Shown here: piece by piece, positions 21,879 through 31,764 of the stretch | Position numbering within the stretch: the stretch's first letter is position 1 | Layout: the number at the start of each line of letters is the position of its first letter | Assembly: GCA_963753345.1 (NCBI GenBank) | Contig: CAVWBU010000036.1 | Span: 5,599 to 69,598 of the forward strand | DNA from: an uncultured Fibrobacterota bacterium | GTDB taxonomy: Bacteria; Fibrobacterota; Chitinivibrionia; Chitinivibrionales; FEN-1185 | Length of the DNA stretch: 64,000 bases | Direction: 5' to 3' | Program-made: the position numbers and the translations under genes | Notes under the pieces: model-generated | What the model was told of the DNA's origin: nothing | The model's database searches: none | What the model saw: the letters and a program-made list of their open reading frames with translations, nothing else

Positions 21879-22129
21879 CGGTATCTCTTTGGCCGGACTG
21901 GTTTTCTCTCCTACGGCCGCAGGCTGCGACCGGCAGACAACATCCGGTACAAAATACATTGGGTGACCCGCAGTTTGCGTCTGCCCCATCCGGGCACCGG
22001 TCCTTCGCCGCAGAATTCACTGTCTGGTTGATCGTCGAATCACTATTTTATATTTTCGGATTCAGGGAGGCGTTGTCCGCCGGTCCGGGGAAGCCTTTTC
22101 ACAAACCGTCAAGCAAGTCAAATCCCCCT

Positions 22130-23431
22130 ATGAAAGTACGCAACGATATCCTCAAACTCCTCTACGCCACGATGCTGGTGGAATTGCCTTCCGAGCAGGT
22201 GAAGGAATTCTGGCTCGACCATCCGCTGGAAAGCGGGGGGAAGGTCATTCGGGACGCGGACCTCCTGAGGCACCTCTGGGAAGAGGACAGGCACGCCGAC
22301 CTGGCATACGTATTGTCGGTGCTCAATTCGGTTGAGCCCTTTCTTGTTTCGCACGGCATCCCCACGCTGGAATTTGTCGACAAGTTCATCGCCGGCCTCA
22401 ACGGGGGTTCAATTGTAGGGGTCGGGCCCCTTCTTGGCGCCATGGCGCCGTTTTTGCGGCTGCTGTTCTCATCCACGGACATCGTGCATTTTGCAAATAA
22501 GAATGTCCTGCCCTCTATCCTGCGGAAGGTTGTGCCGTCGATCCGTTGCCAGATGGTGAAACACGAGGCCAGGGCAGGCAGGGCGACATCGGTGCTCCTT
22601 CTGAATTTCGACAAGTCTTCCAGGAAGGAATTGCCGTCCTACGATCCTTACCTCTACTTTGCGCGGCCCCTGCAGCTCGGTCCTACGCGGATCGGCATGG
22701 CGCCTCTGGAGGAGGTTCGGCTCCTGAGCGACATGAGAACGGTCGAGGGGATCATCGAAAAGGGACTGGTTTCCATTGACAAAGATGAAGTCCGCATCAT
22801 GGGCCGGCCGGCAGGTTCTCGTATCGGATTTCACGAGCACTGCCGCAAGAACGGCATTTCGGTCCGCGGCCTCGGCGTTCCCGACAAGCCCGTGGTCGAG
22901 ATGTCGAGAAGCTACGTGTGTCCGGTAAGAAAACGCGAGGTGCTTTCCAAGGGATGCGCCTACGGCGCGCCGCTGTGTCTCGTGGGGGTGCGGTACAGGG
23001 TCAATGCCCGGCAGCCGGAGCACTTCCTCGCGCCCATCATCGCCGAGGGCGTCTCGGGCAAAAACGATGCATGGCGGAAGGCCGCCGACAGGCACGCGGC
23101 CCTCCTGAACGATCTGGAGCGGAAAATCGTGTTTGCCTTCGACCGCTCCGCCGAGACAATCTCGGCGAACGGCCGTCGGCTGGCAAAATCGGCCCCGGCT
23201 CTTATCCTCAGGAACATTGTCCGGCAGCACGTGTCCGGGGGAAAGACCGAGTTTTCGAACAGCGATTTCACCGGCGACGGCACGGGCACGCCGCCGGACA
23301 ATTTTTCCCTCAGGCTGCAGCGGCTCTCGGCGGTTCTTTCCGAAAAGCTCCCCGAGGTTGCCATTGTAAAGTCCGGCCGCGGGCAGTTCAGGTTCCAGGC
23401 GCCCTGCAGGGTCGAACTCAAAGAGTTGTAG
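22130..23431 (+). CDS. Hypothetical protein with C-terminal winged-helix-like DNA-binding domain
   Basis: 433-aa ORF. C-terminus ISANGRRLAKSAPALIL...TEFSN...DNFSLRLQRL...KSGRGQFRF resembles wHTH tails. Confidence 0.65.
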   Translation: MKVRNDILKLLYATMLVELPSEQVKEFWLDHPLESGGKVIRDADLLRHLWEEDRHADLAYVLSVLNSVEPFLVSHGIPTLEFVDKFIAGLNGGSIVGVGPLLGAMAPFLRLLFSSTDIVHFANKNVLPSILRKVVPSIRCQMVKHEARAGRATSVLLLNFDKSSRKELPSYDPYLYFARPLQLGPTRIGMAPLEEVRLLSDMRTVEGIIEKGLVSIDKDEVRIMGRPAGSRIGFHEHCRKNGISVRGLGVPDKPVVEMSRSYVCPVRKREVLSKGCAYGAPLCLVGVRYRVNARQPEHFLAPIIAEGVSGKNDAWRKAADRHAALLNDLERKIVFAFDRSAETISANGRRLAKSAPALILRNIVRQHVSGGKTEFSNSDFTGDGTGTPPDNFSLRLQRLSAVLSEKLPEVAIVKSGRGQFRFQAPCRVELKEL

Positions 23432-23540
23432 ACGTTCCCCGTACCGCCCTGTATTCTTGTCAAAAATACCCCGCAGGAAGTATCTTTATTTAATTTTGCG
23501 TTTCTAATTCCAGGCGCCTGCGCGCCGCACAGGAAAGACC

Positions 23541-24875
23541 ATGTTCGAAGAACTCACCGGCAGGTTTGAGTCGATTTTCCGGAAGATCCGCGGCCAGGGC
23601 AGGATATCCGAGGAAAACGTGGCCGAGGCCATGCGCGACGTCAAGCGCGCGCTTCTTGAGGCCGACGTCAACTACAAGGTCGTCAAGAAGTTCACCGCCG
23701 CCGTTTCGGCCAAGGCCCTGGGGGCCGATATCCTTGCGAGCATCACGCCGGGCCAGCAGTTTGTCAAGCTCGTCTACGACGAACTCGCCGCCCTCATGGG
23801 CGGCAGCGCGCGCGCCATCAGGTTCCACACCAACCGCCTCAACATCGTGGCGCTGGCGGGCCTCCAGGGCTCGGGAAAAACAACCACCTGCGCGAAGCTC
23901 GCGCTCTACTACCGAAAACAGGGACACCGGCCGCTCCTTGTCGCGTGCGACACGCACCGCGCCGCGGCAATCGACCAGCTCGAAACGCTGGGAAAATCGC
24001 TCGGCGTTCCGGTGTTTTCCGACCGGACAAAATCGCCGGTTGAAATCTGCAAAGAGGCGCTCGCGTATGCGCAGCGCGAAGGGTTCTCGCTTGCCGTTGT
24101 CGACACCGCCGGCCGGCTGCATATCGACGCCGGCATGATGGCGGAGCTCAAAGAGCTCTGCGCCGCAGCAAGACCCGACGAGATCTTTTTCGTCGCCGAC
24201 GCCATGGCAGGCCAGGACACGGTGAACGTTGCCGCCGAGTTTCACAAAGAGATAACGTTTTCGGGCGTCATCCTCACCAAGATGGACGGCGACGCACGCG
24301 GCGGCGCCGCGTTGTCGATCCTCGACGTGGTCGGCGTGCCGCTGCAGTTCGTCGGCGTGGGCGAGAAGCCCGACGGGCTGGAGCTTTTCCACCCGGAGCG
24401 TATGGCCTCGCGCATCCTCGGCATGGGCGACATTGTCTCGCTCGTGGAAAAGGCGCAGGAGAATTTCGACCTCGAAGAAAGCAGGAAGCTCGAAAAGAAG
24501 TTCAGAAAGAGCACGTTTTCGCTGCAGGATTTTCTCGACCAGCTCCGGCAGATCAAGAAGATGGGCTCGCTTACGGATCTCCTTGCAATGATCCCGGGCG
24601 CGGGACCGCAGCTTTCCGGCGCCGATGTGGACGACAAGGCCCTGTCGCGCATCGAGGCGATGATCTGCTCCATGACCGCGGAAGAGCGGGACCGGCCGAA
24701 CATCATCGACGGCAACAGGCGGCGCAGGATAAGCACGGGCAGCGGGACCACGGTGCAGGACATCAACAAACTGCTCAAGCAGTTCGATTCGATGAGATCG
24801 ATGATGAAGCGTATGAACAAGATCGGCTCCCGGCGCGGCCAGACTGCCGCGCTTAAGAGCATGTTTCCCTATTGA
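23541..24875 (+). CDS. ffh: Signal recognition particle protein Ffh
   Basis: ALLEADV, GLQGSGKTT, DTAGR, TKMDGDARGGAALS, RILGMGD, M-domain. Confidence 0.99.
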   Translation: MFEELTGRFESIFRKIRGQGRISEENVAEAMRDVKRALLEADVNYKVVKKFTAAVSAKALGADILASITPGQQFVKLVYDELAALMGGSARAIRFHTNRLNIVALAGLQGSGKTTTCAKLALYYRKQGHRPLLVACDTHRAAAIDQLETLGKSLGVPVFSDRTKSPVEICKEALAYAQREGFSLAVVDTAGRLHIDAGMMAELKELCAAARPDEIFFVADAMAGQDTVNVAAEFHKEITFSGVILTKMDGDARGGAALSILDVVGVPLQFVGVGEKPDGLELFHPERMASRILGMGDIVSLVEKAQENFDLEESRKLEKKFRKSTFSLQDFLDQLRQIKKMGSLTDLLAMIPGAGPQLSGADVDDKALSRIEAMICSMTAEERDRPNIIDGNRRRRISTGSGTTVQDINKLLKQFDSMRSMMKRMNKIGSRRGQTAALKSMFPY

Positions 24876-24935
24876 CGGAAAGTAAAATCATCCTGAGATT
24901 GTTTTTTTTCACCTTTCACCAAAGAGGAGTAACTC

Positions 24936-25310
24936 TTGTCTGTAAAAATCCGTCTGGCCAGAACAGGGCGTAAGAACGTGTCCCGATTCCGCGTCGTTGC
25001 GATTGACGGCCGCACGCAGCGCGACGGCAAGTTTCTGGAAGTGATCGGCACGTACAATCCGCAGGCGACCCCGAAACAGTTCACGCTGAACGCCGACCGC
25101 ATAGCGTACTGGATCGAAAAGGGCGCCGAAGTTTCGGAGACCGTGCACAACCTTCTCAAGCAGGACCGGTTTTACGAAAAGCTCGAAGGAAAGAAGAAAG
25201 GCCTGGGCATCGAAAGCATGAACCTTGAGCGCCTCCCGGAACGCAAGAGAAAGCCGAAGAACGTCTCGAAGAAGTCCAAGGAAGAAGCGCCCAAGCCCGC
25301 GGCCGCATGA
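24936..25310 (+). CDS. rpsP: 30S ribosomal protein S16
   Basis: VKIRLARTG...RDGKFLEVIGTYNP; TTG start after GAGGAG. Confidence 0.97.
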   Translation: MSVKIRLARTGRKNVSRFRVVAIDGRTQRDGKFLEVIGTYNPQATPKQFTLNADRIAYWIEKGAEVSETVHNLLKQDRFYEKLEGKKKGLGIESMNLERLPERKRKPKNVSKKSKEEAPKPAAA

Positions 25311-25852
25311 GCGGTACTGCCGCTGATATCGGCGCCGATTCGCTTGTGGCGATCGGCATGGTGCGGAGGCCCGTTGGTCTGAAGGGCGAGTGTTATGCTG
25401 AGGCGTTCGGCGCAACCCTGGAGTCGCTCTCGCCGCCGGCTGCGCTGAGGGGCGGAACCGATCCCGCCACCACGCGCGAACTTGTCCTGCGGACAATGCG
25501 AAAAACCCCGCGCGGTCCGGTGTGCAGCTTCGAAGGGATCGACGATGTTGACGCGGCGGGAACGCTGCGCGGATGGTATCTGTTCTGCGGCCGTGACCTC
25601 CTTCCGCCGCTTCCCAAGGGCAGGCACTATCATTTTGAGCTGGAAGGGCTCACGGTTAAGGGCGCGGAATCGGGACGGGTGATAGGCACCGTTGCCGCGG
25701 TCCGCAGCTATCCGACGGTTGACGCGCTGGAAGTGAGAAAAGGGGACGGCTCGACGATTTTGATTTCGATGACCGGCGAGACCGTTAAGGCCGTCGATAC
25801 TGCACGAGGCGCGGTGACGGTTGCGGAATCCGCGATCGAGGAGATCGTGTAA
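25307..25852 (+). CDS. rimM: 16S rRNA processing protein RimM
   Basis: [24 protein letters not shown]; conserved synteny. Confidence 0.9.
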   Translation: MSGTAADIGADSLVAIGMVRRPVGLKGECYAEAFGATLESLSPPAALRGGTDPATTRELVLRTMRKTPRGPVCSFEGIDDVDAAGTLRGWYLFCGRDLLPPLPKGRHYHFELEGLTVKGAESGRVIGTVAAVRSYPTVDALEVRKGDGSTILISMTGETVKAVDTARGAVTVAESAIEEIV

Positions 25853-25875
25853 CATGTTACCGGATTTGTGCGGCA

Positions 25876-26580
25876 ATGCTCTTTGAGATACTCACCCTGT
25901 TCCCCGCGATGTTCGACGGCCCGTTTTCGGACAGCATCATCAAGCGCGCGGTTGACAAGGGGCTGGTTGCGATACGGTTTGTCAATTTCCGCGACTTTAC
26001 GGAAGACAAGCACCGCACCGTGGACGACGCGCCGTACGGCGGCGATCCCGGCATGCTCTTGACGCCCGAGCCGCTGGCAAAGGCGATTTGCGCGAGCAGG
26101 GAGCGGCTTGCAAGCATGTCGCCGAAGGTGGTCTGCCTCTCGGCGCAGGGCGAAACGCTTACGCACGGGACCGTGGAGTCGCTTGCGGGCGAGCAGTCGC
26201 TCATTCTCGTGTGCGGCAGGTACAAGGGCATGGACCAGCGGGTGATTGACAAATACGTCGACCGGGAGGTTTCGGTCGGCGATTACGTTCTGTCGGGCGG
26301 CGAGATCCCGGCCATGATTCTTGTGGACGCGGTCACGCGGCTCATCCCCGGCGTTCTCGGCAACAGCGAGAGCGCGGGAAAAGACTCGTTCTTTGACGGC
26401 CTTCTGTCGCCGCCGCAGTACACGCGGCCCGAAGTGTTTGAGGGTATAAAGGTCCCCGACGTTCTGTTGTCGGGCCACCACGAGAACATCAGGAAATGGC
26501 AAAAGGAACAGGCGGAAAAGTTGACGCGGGAGCGAAGGCCGGATTTATGGGAGAAGTACAATAGGAAAGTTGAAAGTTGA
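25876..26580 (+). CDS. trmD: tRNA (guanine37-N1)-methyltransferase
   Basis: [41 protein letters not shown]. Confidence 0.98.
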   Translation: MLFEILTLFPAMFDGPFSDSIIKRAVDKGLVAIRFVNFRDFTEDKHRTVDDAPYGGDPGMLLTPEPLAKAICASRERLASMSPKVVCLSAQGETLTHGTVESLAGEQSLILVCGRYKGMDQRVIDKYVDREVSVGDYVLSGGEIPAMILVDAVTRLIPGVLGNSESAGKDSFFDGLLSPPQYTRPEVFEGIKVPDVLLSGHHENIRKWQKEQAEKLTRERRPDLWEKYNRKVES

Positions 26581-26640
26581 CGGTTTGCAGTTGACAGGTG
26601 AAGATAAATATCATTTATCAATACAACCCAGGAGGTTATT

Positions 26641-26994
26641 GTGCAGGGACTTCAGGAAATCATCAAACAGGTGGAAAAAAAGTATCTGACGAAGAACGCC
26701 GCCGATTTCAAGCCGGGCGACACGGTTTCGGTGTCGCTGCGGATTCTCGAGGGAGACAAGGAGCGGCTCCAGGCGTTTTCCGGCGTGGTCATCCAGAAGC
26801 GCGGGACCGGCATGGGCCGGACGTTCACCCTCCGGAAGGCGTCGGGGAGCGTGTACGTTGAAAGGACCTTTCCGCTCCATTCGCCGCTTGTCTCCGAAAT
26901 CAAGATCATCCGGAAGGGAAGCGTGAGAAGGGCGAAGCTCTTCTACCTTCGCAACATCAGCGGAAAGTCGACAAGGATAAAAGAGAAAAAGTAA
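26641..26994 (+). CDS. rplS: 50S ribosomal protein L19
   Basis: FKPGDTV, EGDKERLQAFSG, VERTFPLHSP, VRRAKLFYLR. Confidence 0.98.
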   Translation: MQGLQEIIKQVEKKYLTKNAADFKPGDTVSVSLRILEGDKERLQAFSGVVIQKRGTGMGRTFTLRKASGSVYVERTFPLHSPLVSEIKIIRKGSVRRAKLFYLRNISGKSTRIKEKK

Positions 26995-27156
26995 ATTTTA
27001 TATTGTGATGAGACGCAATGACTCATCAATTGAGAGAACAATTTCCGCTCGGACGCAGCAGCCCGGGCGGATTTTATTTTTAGCAAGCGGCGCCGTTCAC
27101 CACGAACCTTGTTCGGTTTGCCGCATTTGCTTTTTGCCTAATACTATTTTCACTGC

Positions 27157-27738
27157 ATGGTCCCACACGACCCGAAAAAACCCTTCAAAGGTTCGATTTT
27201 CACCTTTCTCTCGGATCTGTTTGCGAGGCACGGCGTGACCGGTGTCCTGGTGGGCGGGTACGCACTCATTGCCAACAAAGTCCAGAGGATGACATTTGAC
27301 ATAGACTTTATCACCACGGCTGAGGATTGCGCGAAATTGGAACCGGACCTGTTTTCCGCGGGCTATTCCGTGCGCAACCGCATGGAGGCGTTTGTCCAAT
27401 ACAAGAGCGAAACAGCCGGGCTGCGGGACCTCGACATTCTCATCTGCGACCGGAAGACGCTGGACGCGCTTATTGCGCAGGGGAGGCAAATAACCATTGC
27501 GGGGAAACAATTTATTGTACCGTCGCCGGCGCATCAGATTGCCATGAAGCTCCACGCTGTTTCTTCCAACAGGGGAAGAGAACCCAAAGACTTTCCCGAC
27601 ATCGTCAGGTTGATTTCCGCAAATTCGATTGATCCGCGGTCGGAGGCAATCAAAGAACTTTTTGTACGATACAAGGCCATGGATTTATTCGACAGGGTCC
27701 TCAAAGCGACAGGAACTGGCTATGGAACCGGATCTTGA
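27157..27738 (+). CDS. Pol-beta-like nucleotidyltransferase (DUF6036/AbiEii-like)
   Basis: VLVGGYAL...RMTFDIDF, LDIL, IAMKLHA, KDFPDI. Confidence 0.8.
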   Translation: MVPHDPKKPFKGSIFTFLSDLFARHGVTGVLVGGYALIANKVQRMTFDIDFITTAEDCAKLEPDLFSAGYSVRNRMEAFVQYKSETAGLRDLDILICDRKTLDALIAQGRQITIAGKQFIVPSPAHQIAMKLHAVSSNRGREPKDFPDIVRLISANSIDPRSEAIKELFVRYKAMDLFDRVLKATGTGYGTGS

Positions 27739-27895
27739 TCTGCCCCGGCTCGAACGCGAACCCCTTGATCCCTCGCTTCGCTCTATCGACGAAATAAACG
27801 AATGGATAGAGCAGGATTACTTGTCTCTATTCGATCGTGAAGCCTATGAAGAAGAAAAGAAGCGGATGTCCGTTAATGTTCCGTTCAGATTGTAG
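27722..27895 (+). CDS. Small acidic protein coupled to the nucleotidyltransferase
   Basis: 57 aa MEPDLDLP...VNVPFRL; overlaps the NTase stop; AGGA RBS. Confidence 0.65.
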   Translation: MEPDLDLPRLEREPLDPSLRSIDEINEWIEQDYLSLFDREAYEEEKKRMSVNVPFRL

Positions 27896-28077
27896 CAATC
27901 CCCACACCCCGCACTCGCGCTGCCCCATTTTCTTCTTGTCAAAGTTGATTCAAACTCCAAAAAACCTTATATTCTCAATAAGGGCCCGCACAGCCAAGGC
28001 CGGGAATGCCCGGACCGGCCAACGAACAGGCCTCATATATTAAATGTCAATGAACAACAGCGACAGGGGGGTGCTCG

Positions 28078-30201
28078 ATGAAGTTCATGTCACAATGGTT
28101 TTTGATTTCGGCATCAGTAGTCACACTCCTAGCCTTTCCGCCGGCTTCCCATTCCCAGCCCTGGTCAGGCATAGTTTCCGCCCCGCGCGCCATTGATTGG
28201 AGCGGGGCTGGCGTGCAGGGCGGCATCGTGAACCGGACAACCGTGTATCAGACGCTGAATCCCGGCGTGACGGCAGATCAGATCAACGCGGCCATCGCCG
28301 CCTGTCCGGCAGACCAGGTGGTCTACCTGAACGCCGGGACCTACAATTTGACAAGCGGCATCGTGCTGAAAAGCGATGTCACGGTGCGGGGCGCGGGCGC
28401 CGACAAGACGTTTCTTGTCTTTTCCGGGGTCAATGCCTGCTTCGGCGGGTACAGCGCGGTTTGCTTCACAACAGAGAACCATGTCTGGGGCGGCGACGCC
28501 GACGCCCTGCCCGGCGGGTCCAACGCCGCGCTCTGGACCGCCGGGTTCGCGCCTGGAACCACGCAGGTGACCCTCACGAACGTGGGCAGTTCGGGCCTTG
28601 CGGTGGGGCAGTACATCATCCTCGATCAGGCGAACCTTGGGGCGGACAACGGCGAGTTTTTCGTCTGCGACAACACCAACTATCCCTGCTCGCTCGAAGG
28701 AGGCAACGGCGGCCGCGTGATGAACGGAATCCAACACGGCCAGACTCAAATAGTGAAGATCACGGCAATCAACGGAAGCACCTACACCATAGCGCCGGGC
28801 CTGTATGCTCCCAACTGGAGCGCTACGCTTTCTCCGGGCGCGTGGTGGGTGCACATGATCCAGTTTGCCGGGCTCGAAAACGTTTCAATCGATCACAGCG
28901 CGGCCAGCGGCGAGGTCAACGGCATCAGCATGTACGGCGCGATCAACTGCTGGGTGAGGGGAATCCGGTCGCTTCGGCCCAACCGCAATCATGTTCAGTT
29001 CTGCCTGTCTGCACACAACACCGTGGCCGACTGCTATTTCAACGGCACGCAGCACGGCCAAACGCAAAGCTACGGCATGGAAGTGTACCTTGCATCGGAC
29101 AATCTTGTTGTCAACAATATTTTCCAGCAGGTCACCGCGCCGCAACTACTGCAGCTGGGCGTGGGAAACGTGGTTGCGTTCAACTTTTCCATCAAGGACT
29201 CCGAGGTCGCTTCCGCCGATTTCATGTATGGAAGCGCGACCGACCACAATGAGGGCAATGAGTACAACCTGTTTGAAGGGAACGACGGGTCCATGTTCGG
29301 CGCAGATCTTTTCCACGGCACCGGCGGCATGAATACGCTATTCCGCAACCGCTTTACAGGATGGGAATTCGGCAAGCTGAACAACCTGATTGCGATCCGG
29401 CTTGACTCCTACAAACGGTACTGCAATGTCGTCGGCAATGTTCTGGGTACGAAAGGAATCACGACAAGCTATCAGATACTGGCCCCGTACGGGAGCGGCA
29501 CGGTCTATTACCTGGGCAGCGGAAATTCGGAAGGCACAGTGACCGTTCCCGCCGACCCGAAGGTGGCCGCCACCATCATGCGCTGGGGCAATTACGATGT
29601 TGTCAACGACTCCGCGCGGTGGGAGGCATCGGAGGTCCCGAGCGGGATCGCCAAGTACGCCAATCCCATTCCCCCAAACCATACCCTGCCCGCGTCGTTT
29701 TTCCTGTCCGGAAAGCCTTTCTGGTGGCCATCCGGCATTGCATGGCCGCCCATCGGGCCCGATGTGGTCGGCGGCAACATTTCGGGCCTTGCAGGTCACG
29801 CCAACCAGATTCCCGCGTGTAACTGCTATTTGAATGTGATGAAAGGGCCGGCCGACGGCAGCGGCGCGCCGCTGAGCTTTAGCGCGGACAACTGCTACAC
29901 AACAGGCGTTCTGGTGAGTCCGATACCTTTTGTCAAGCAGGGACAAGTGTCCATGTCCGTGCGCCGCATTGCGTCGGGGCATGTGTGGATGATTTCGGTA
30001 CGTGGTGTACCGGCGGACTTCCGCCTCTGCGTGTACGATCTCGAAGGGCGCGTGGCAAGGACCCTTTTGTCAAGCGGCAGACAGGAAGGCATTTTGACGT
30101 ATTTCTGGGACGGTACCGACGATCTGGGGAGAAGTCTCGCCCGCGGGCTTTACGTGATAGGAACAACGGGTGGGATAAGGAAGATTATCGGGATATTCTG
30201 A
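28078..30201 (+). CDS. Secreted right-handed beta-helix (pectin-lyase-fold) protein with FlgD/T9SS-like C-terminal domain (paralog 1)
   Basis: Signal peptide; RAIDWSGAGVQGGI, VVYLNAGTY, TVRGAGADKT; C-terminal VYDLEGR...WDGTDDLG...GLYVI. Confidence 0.8.
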   Translation: MKFMSQWFLISASVVTLLAFPPASHSQPWSGIVSAPRAIDWSGAGVQGGIVNRTTVYQTLNPGVTADQINAAIAACPADQVVYLNAGTYNLTSGIVLKSDVTVRGAGADKTFLVFSGVNACFGGYSAVCFTTENHVWGGDADALPGGSNAALWTAGFAPGTTQVTLTNVGSSGLAVGQYIILDQANLGADNGEFFVCDNTNYPCSLEGGNGGRVMNGIQHGQTQIVKITAINGSTYTIAPGLYAPNWSATLSPGAWWVHMIQFAGLENVSIDHSAASGEVNGISMYGAINCWVRGIRSLRPNRNHVQFCLSAHNTVADCYFNGTQHGQTQSYGMEVYLASDNLVVNNIFQQVTAPQLLQLGVGNVVAFNFSIKDSEVASADFMYGSATDHNEGNEYNLFEGNDGSMFGADLFHGTGGMNTLFRNRFTGWEFGKLNNLIAIRLDSYKRYCNVVGNVLGTKGITTSYQILAPYGSGTVYYLGSGNSEGTVTVPADPKVAATIMRWGNYDVVNDSARWEASEVPSGIAKYANPIPPNHTLPASFFLSGKPFWWPSGIAWPPIGPDVVGGNISGLAGHANQIPACNCYLNVMKGPADGSGAPLSFSADNCYTTGVLVSPIPFVKQGQVSMSVRRIASGHVWMISVRGVPADFRLCVYDLEGRVARTLLSSGRQEGILTYFWDGTDDLGRSLARGLYVIGTTGGIRKIIGIF

Positions 30202-30256
30202 GGTTGGGCTGCATGACAATGTTTCTGCAGGGGTGCCACCAAGGAGGCAATCAATC

Positions 30257-31651
30257 ATGAGGACGTTCATCAACCTCGCGATCCGAACCCTTCCAGCTAT
30301 TGTCCTTATTTTTTTGCCCGTCACAATCCATGCCGCCGTCATTAATGCAACAAGTTGCTCGCAGGCAGACGTGCAGACCGCGATAAATTCGGCGGCGAGC
30401 GGCGACACCGTGGCAATGCCCGCGGGCACCGGCACATGGACCGGCGTGGTCACCATGCACAAAGGCATAACCCTGCAGGGCGCGGGGGCAGGCGCAACCA
30501 TCATCAACAATGCCATGACCGGTTCCTACACCGGCCAGCTTGTCTGCGACACCGGTGCGTTCAGGCGGTTCACCGGCATCACCTTCAATGGCAACACGGC
30601 CGCGGTCACGGTTTACAATCTGGAAGTAGGCGGCGCGGGCGTGTTCCGCATTGACCATTGCGTCTTTACGGTCCCCTCGGGCGGCACCGCGGTGCAGCTC
30701 TGGGGCGGGACCCTGATCGGCCTCATCGACCACGACACGTTCAATGCCTCGGGCAACGCCGAAATAATCCACAACAGCGCGTACGGGCCGAGCGACACCA
30801 GCGGCTGGAGTTACGACATCGTGCCCGGCAGCGGCGACGCGGTTTACATTGAGGACAATACGTTCTTCAACAACGCCACGGGAAATCCCGCCTATTTCTG
30901 GGGCTGCTCCGCGGTGCAGTCGTATTACGGCGCGCGCACGGTGTTTCGGCACAACAGCGTCGAGATGGCGCAGATCGACCAGCACGGCACGGCCGGCATG
31001 ATCGGCGCCCGGTGGTGGGAAATCTACGAGAACACTTTCAGCACCACCGTGCCGAACGCAAGCCAGTGCTGCTACATCACCCTTCGCGCGGGGAGCGGCG
31101 TGGTGTTCAACAATCACCATACCGGCGTCAATCAGGTGGTTGGCTCGATTGATTTGTACGAAGAGGACAGCGGATACCCGGCGCTGTACCAGATCGGCCG
31201 AGGCAAGAACCAGGTGTCCGATCCCGCGTATGTCTGGAACAACGACACCTCCATGCCCGTGGGAAGCCAGACGCCTGCCATGGTGCAGGTGAACCGCGAT
31301 TACTATTTGAGCGCAAGGCCTGGGTATGTTCCCTACACCTATCCGCATCCGCTGGCTGCGGGAATCGGAATGTCGGTGACCGGACAGCGCACGCGGCAGT
31401 CGGCATCCGGGATGATGCTCAGGATCAGTCATGATCAATCAAACCGCACAGTTGCATTTAAATTGCTGAATGTCAATGGCACCGCGGATATTTCTGTTTT
31501 TTCTCTAGCAGGGAAGAGAATCGATTCATTTTCCTGTGCCCCCAATGAAAAGATTCTGCGGGACGCGGCACTGTATCCAAGGGGCGTATTCGTCGTGAGC
31601 GTGCGAGCAGGCACAATCGACCTTGTCAAGCGCGCGCACCTTACACAATGA
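30257..31651 (+). CDS. Secreted beta-helix protein with T9SS-like CTD
   Basis: AAGGAGG RBS; signal peptide; SQADVQTAINSAASGDTV, YIEDNTF, YTYPHPL; CTD VFSLAGK...GVFVV. Confidence 0.78.
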   Translation: MRTFINLAIRTLPAIVLIFLPVTIHAAVINATSCSQADVQTAINSAASGDTVAMPAGTGTWTGVVTMHKGITLQGAGAGATIINNAMTGSYTGQLVCDTGAFRRFTGITFNGNTAAVTVYNLEVGGAGVFRIDHCVFTVPSGGTAVQLWGGTLIGLIDHDTFNASGNAEIIHNSAYGPSDTSGWSYDIVPGSGDAVYIEDNTFFNNATGNPAYFWGCSAVQSYYGARTVFRHNSVEMAQIDQHGTAGMIGARWWEIYENTFSTTVPNASQCCYITLRAGSGVVFNNHHTGVNQVVGSIDLYEEDSGYPALYQIGRGKNQVSDPAYVWNNDTSMPVGSQTPAMVQVNRDYYLSARPGYVPYTYPHPLAAGIGMSVTGQRTRQSASGMMLRISHDQSNRTVAFKLLNVNGTADISVFSLAGKRIDSFSCAPNEKILRDAALYPRGVFVVSVRAGTIDLVKRAHLTQ

Positions 31652-31764
31652 GGCACCGGATCAGATTACGGCAGCATTTGGTATTAGGGAAACCTCTATT
31701 CGTTCATACGACTTGATTTTGATGTCGCCTGTTTACCAAATGATAAATGACATTGGGGGAAATC

